In this document: piece after piece, positions 57,943 to 64,000 of the stretch
Position numbering within the stretch: position 1 is the stretch's first letter
Layout: each line of letters opens with the position of its first letter
Assembly (NCBI RefSeq): GCF_009914755.1
Contig: NC_060925.1
Length of the DNA stretch: 64,000 bases
Source: the human T2T-CHM13v2.0 reference genome, Homo sapiens
Strand: one strand, 5' to 3'
The notes under the pieces: generated by a model
Databases searched by the model: none
What the model was told of the DNA's origin: nothing
What the model saw: only the letters and a program-made list of their open reading frames with translations
Program-made: the position numbers and the translations under genes

Positions 57943-57987
57943 TAGAATCACTTTTATCATCTTCTTCTTGATCCCACCCCACCCCTA

Positions 57988-58513
<526 letters not shown>

Positions 58514-59611
58514 TTAATTCTGAGTACCTGTATTTTTAATTTTTTATTCTTGCTTTAGGATATTTATTTCCATTATATTTTCTAATTGATCTTTGCCAAT
58601 AGTTAGGAAAGCTGTTGATTTCTGTGTTTTTAGAATTATTTTATTATTTTTAATAGTCCTAATTGTTTTTGTTGGTTCTCTTAGGTTTTCTCAGTAGCAT
58701 ATCACATGAAAATAACATTTTCCTTTTCCAATGTCGTATGACTTTATTATTATTATTTTGACTGGCCCTTCTAGAACAGCTTTAATTAAATATGAGTGCA
58801 CAAGGAGGTACATTGGGAGGTACAATCACCCCCTTTTCTTTAAAGCATTAATTTAGAGATGAAGAGCATAGGAATATAAGAGACATAGCCATGATGATTC
58901 CTAGACTTTTCAAAGTCCTTGCTTTGCAGGACTTTTTCATCTATTTTATTTTTAGTTTTTCACCTATTTGGTCCAGTATTTATTCTTTGGCCAAAAATGG
59001 CTTGACATGCTGAAAACCACCTTATTTTAGAGAAGAAAATACACATTATTTCTATTTTGTCAAGCGGAAAAGCTGAAAGGCATTGGAAATAACTCCCAGT
59101 CCCTTGGCAAACAGATCAGTGAGTAGACCCCTGTGTGAGACAAAGCCACTGCCTGGAGAGGATGGTGCGGGGGCTGGCGGTCCATTGCCACGGCTGCTGC
59201 AGCTCTCAACACCACGGCAGCCTCCCCCCACCACCACCCAACGGTGTACAGCCTGAGTGGAAAGGGCAAGTTTTTGGCCGAAAGAGTAAATGAAACATGG
59301 ACGCTGTAGGACATCATCAGAAGTGATTATTTATTCTACAGAACTAGAGACTTCTCTTCTCTCAGAGGACAACTGACAGCAGCTTCTGTGTCATCAGGCT
59401 GCTGCCCTCACCCTGAGACAGATTGTGGTAAAGGATGGAACAGGGGGTCATTTGATGATCTTAGGCCTGGGGAGCTGCGAGGCTGAGTTCTTGCGTTTTC
59501 AGTCTCGCCTCCCCTGCTCCACTCTGCGTTGCTGCCAGATGATAAGATTCCAGTTCTGCTTTCGGCGTGTGTCTTCCCTGCACTCCTTTGGGTAGTTCCC
59601 ATTGCTCCTAG

Positions 59612-59981
<370 letters not shown>

Positions 59982-60034
59982 TAACAGCTTCAAATTTCCA
60001 GAAAAGTGGAATAGCGTATGAACACCCAATTACC

Positions 60035-60279
60035 TTTTCTTTCTTTCTTTTTTGGAGATGGGGTCTCACTCTGTCACCCAGGCTGGAGTGCAGTGGTGCC
60101 ATCTGGGACCACAGGTGTGCACCACCAGACCCAGCTAATTTTTTGTTTCTTTGTTTTTTGGTAGAGATGGGGTTTCGCCATGTTGCCCAGGCTGGTCTCA
60201 AACTTCTGACCTCAGGTGATCTGCCTGCCTCAACCTCCCAAAGTGTTGGGATTACAGACATGAGCCACCACGCCCAGCC
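60035..60279 (-). mobile_element. Alu with internal right-arm deletion
   Basis: Junction gtggtgccatctgggaccacagg. Confidence 0.88.
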
Positions 60280-60308
60280 TCCCAGATACCTTTTATTCAG
60301 TTTCTTAG

Positions 60309-60692
<384 letters not shown>

Positions 60693-61550
60693 TGACCATG
60701 TAAAAATAAATTGTAGATATCATGACACTTCACCTGTAATTACTTCAGCATATACCTCCTCAGATACGGCCATTCTTCCACACATAACCACACCATGTTA
60801 CCACATAGAAGAAAATTAACACTAATTCCATAAGATCATCTGCTATATATCCCATATTTACATTTTCCCAGTTGCCCCCACATTTCTTTTGTATCTCAGA
60901 TTCAGGGGACAGTCAGGGCTTGTGCTGTGCATTTCACTGCCATGTCTCTTTATCTAGAACTGCCCTCTTGTCTCTTCTCATTTTACTTGTCATTAACATT
61001 TTTTGAGGAGTTCCAATCAATTGTTTTATATAATATCACACATTCTGCATTTGTCTCATTGTTTCCTCTTGATAAGATTAAGATTAAACATTTTTGGCAA
61101 GAACAGTTAGTAAGTAATGTTGTGTGCTTATTATTGCATTACAATAAAAGGTGAGAAAGATCAGATTCTTCCAGTATTGGTGATGCTAATTTGATTGGTT
61201 AATGAGGTGACTACCAGAACTCTCCATATTAAAGGTACATTTTCCCTTTTGTAATTAACAAGTAATCTGAGAAGTGCTTCTTTGAGATCATGTTATCTGG
61301 TTACTCAACAGCCTTTCATTCAGTGGTTTTAGTATCCATTGGAGATTCTTGTTTCAACTGACTGTTTCTCTGGAACTTTAACAGTTGTGATTATGTAACT
61401 GTATTATTACTCATTTATTACCTATTATTTTTCTGTAAAGAGCTCTCTCCTCTTTCCTCTTCTGTTTCTTTCTCTTCTCACTTTCATTTGAGTGTTATTA
61501 TGTACTCTTTAGTTCAGAGTGCTATAATCTATTATTGTCATTTTTCTTCC

Positions 61551-61812
61551 TTTTTACCCGAGACAAGGTCTCACTCTGGCTATCTTCCTGCCTCAGCCTC
61601 CCGAATAGCTAGGATTATAGGTGTATGCCACTGCGCCTGGCTAATTTAAGAATAATTTTTTATTTTATTTTATTTTTTAGAGACAAGGTCTTACTGTGTT
61701 GCCCAGGCTGGTCTTGAACTCCTGGTCTTTAGCAATCCCTTCATCTCCCCTGCGCACTGCCCCCTGCTGCCCCAGTAGCTGGGATTACAGGCATGAGTCA
61801 TGAGGCCCAGCT
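61551..61812 (-). mobile_element. Degraded AluJ
   Basis: Partial Alu consensus. Confidence 0.8.
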
Positions 61813-62485
61813 CTTTTTCTTTTTCTCTCTTTTCTTGTCTTCTTTTCTCCACCCACCCCCAACACATGTGTATGTATCAAAATCAAGAAGATAACTATAC
61901 AATTCTATGATCAGATGTACAGACCATATTCAAATTTAGTCAGTTGTCCTAATAATGCCCTTTATAGAAAAAGAAAAAGATTTTTTTCTAGCCCACCATC
62001 TAATCCATGATCGTGAGTTGCATGATTGTCCTATCTCTTTACCCCCCTTAATTTGGAACAATGTCCTGCAGTCTTCCTTTGTCTTTTATTACCTTGACAT
62101 TTTTGTAGGATAGAGGCCAGTTTTGTACACTGTACTTAATTTGGATTTATCTGATGTTTCCTCATGACTAGATTTCATTTGTGCATTTTTGGTAAGAATA
62201 CACAGGAGTGGTATTGTGTCTTTCCAGCATCATAAAAGGACATTGATTTTGATTTGTTCTGTGATTTCACTTTGATCTGTTGGTTGAAGTGGTATCTGCC
62301 AAGTTTCTCCACTGCAGAGTTATATTTTTTCCCTTTATAATTAATAAGTACCTTTTGAGGAGATACTTCGATCCTTCGACACTATATGAGTAGCCTGTTT
62401 TTATCAGCTTCATGAACATTGCTAATGATTCCTCACTGAATCAATTATTATGAAGATTGCTGAATCCTCATATCAGTTATTATGA

Positions 62486-62838
<353 letters not shown>

Positions 62839-62924
62839 CTAATCCTCTTACTATTGAAATGTATTCTTGCTGGTATAGAACTCTAGATTGGCAGTTATTT
62901 CCACACTTTAAAAATGTTATTTCA

Positions 62925-63536
<612 letters not shown>

Positions 63537-63539
63537 GTT

Positions 63540-64000
63540 ATTTCATTATTTTCTGGCTTCTATTGTCATCTTTCAGTCTTGTTATTGCTCCTTTGAAGAA
63601 GGTGAAACATGTTTTTATCTTCTGGCAGCTTTTAGATTTTTTTCTCAATCTTTGGTGTTTTTTTCAAAAGTAGTTTTCCTATGTGATGTTCCTGAGGTGG
63701 TTTTCTTTGTAGTTATCCTATGTAACATAGAATCTTTGAATATTCGGCCTGATTGCCTTGTTAGTTTTACAAAATTATTAATTATTCTCTCTTTTAATAT
63801 TGTTCTGTCTTGTTCTCATTCTCTTCTTTCCTGGACTCCAGTTGTAATTGTGTTAGACCTTCTTTCCGTGTTCTTTATGTCTTTTGCTCTGTTCTACATT
63901 GTCCATCCGCTTTTCTTTTTCTTTACTGATCTTTCAGTTTACTAACCCTTTCTTCTGCTATATCCAGTTTGCTGTTAAACCTGTCTGTTGAGCTCTTAAT
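63540..64000 (-). mobile_element. Old L1/HAL1-like fragment
   Basis: T-rich L1-like antisense motifs (tgctgttaaacctgtctgttgag). Confidence 0.5.

Noticed and set aside
59184-59226. attgccacggc 11-mer identical to the start of exon 3, and a RE1/REST-like tcaacaccacgg-cagc
   Set aside because: The match to the exon does not extend. The RE1 lacks a core base and has a mismatch in CAGCACC, so chance is likely.

Overview
Primate (human or great-ape) genomic DNA lying entirely inside the PEX14 gene on the + strand. The window holds one coding exon, the 85-nt exon 3 (35827-35911, [29 protein letters not shown], part of the N-terminal PEX5/PEX19-binding domain), plus parts of the long introns 2 and 3. 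About 46 Alu elements or fragments sit in two dense blocks (1-27.6 kb and 42.1-64 kb). Between them is a 14.5-kb Alu-free core containing the exon, a block I recall as ultraconserved element uc.1 (~37259-37465), a CpG/CTCF-like patch and many CNE-like segments. Older repeats (L1M, L2, L3, MIR, MaLR, Tigger/MER44) and small tandem repeats are also present. All other ORFs in the track are Alu-derived or chance ORFs. The most notable structures not explained by standard annotation are a post-insertion inverted duplication (2780-3459), candidate poison/micro exons and recursive splice sites, two inverted AluSp copies sharing a private fold-back linker, and serial Alu re-insertion at single target sites. 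I see no evidence for a novel multi-gene system. Repeat boundaries and subfamily calls were made by eye.
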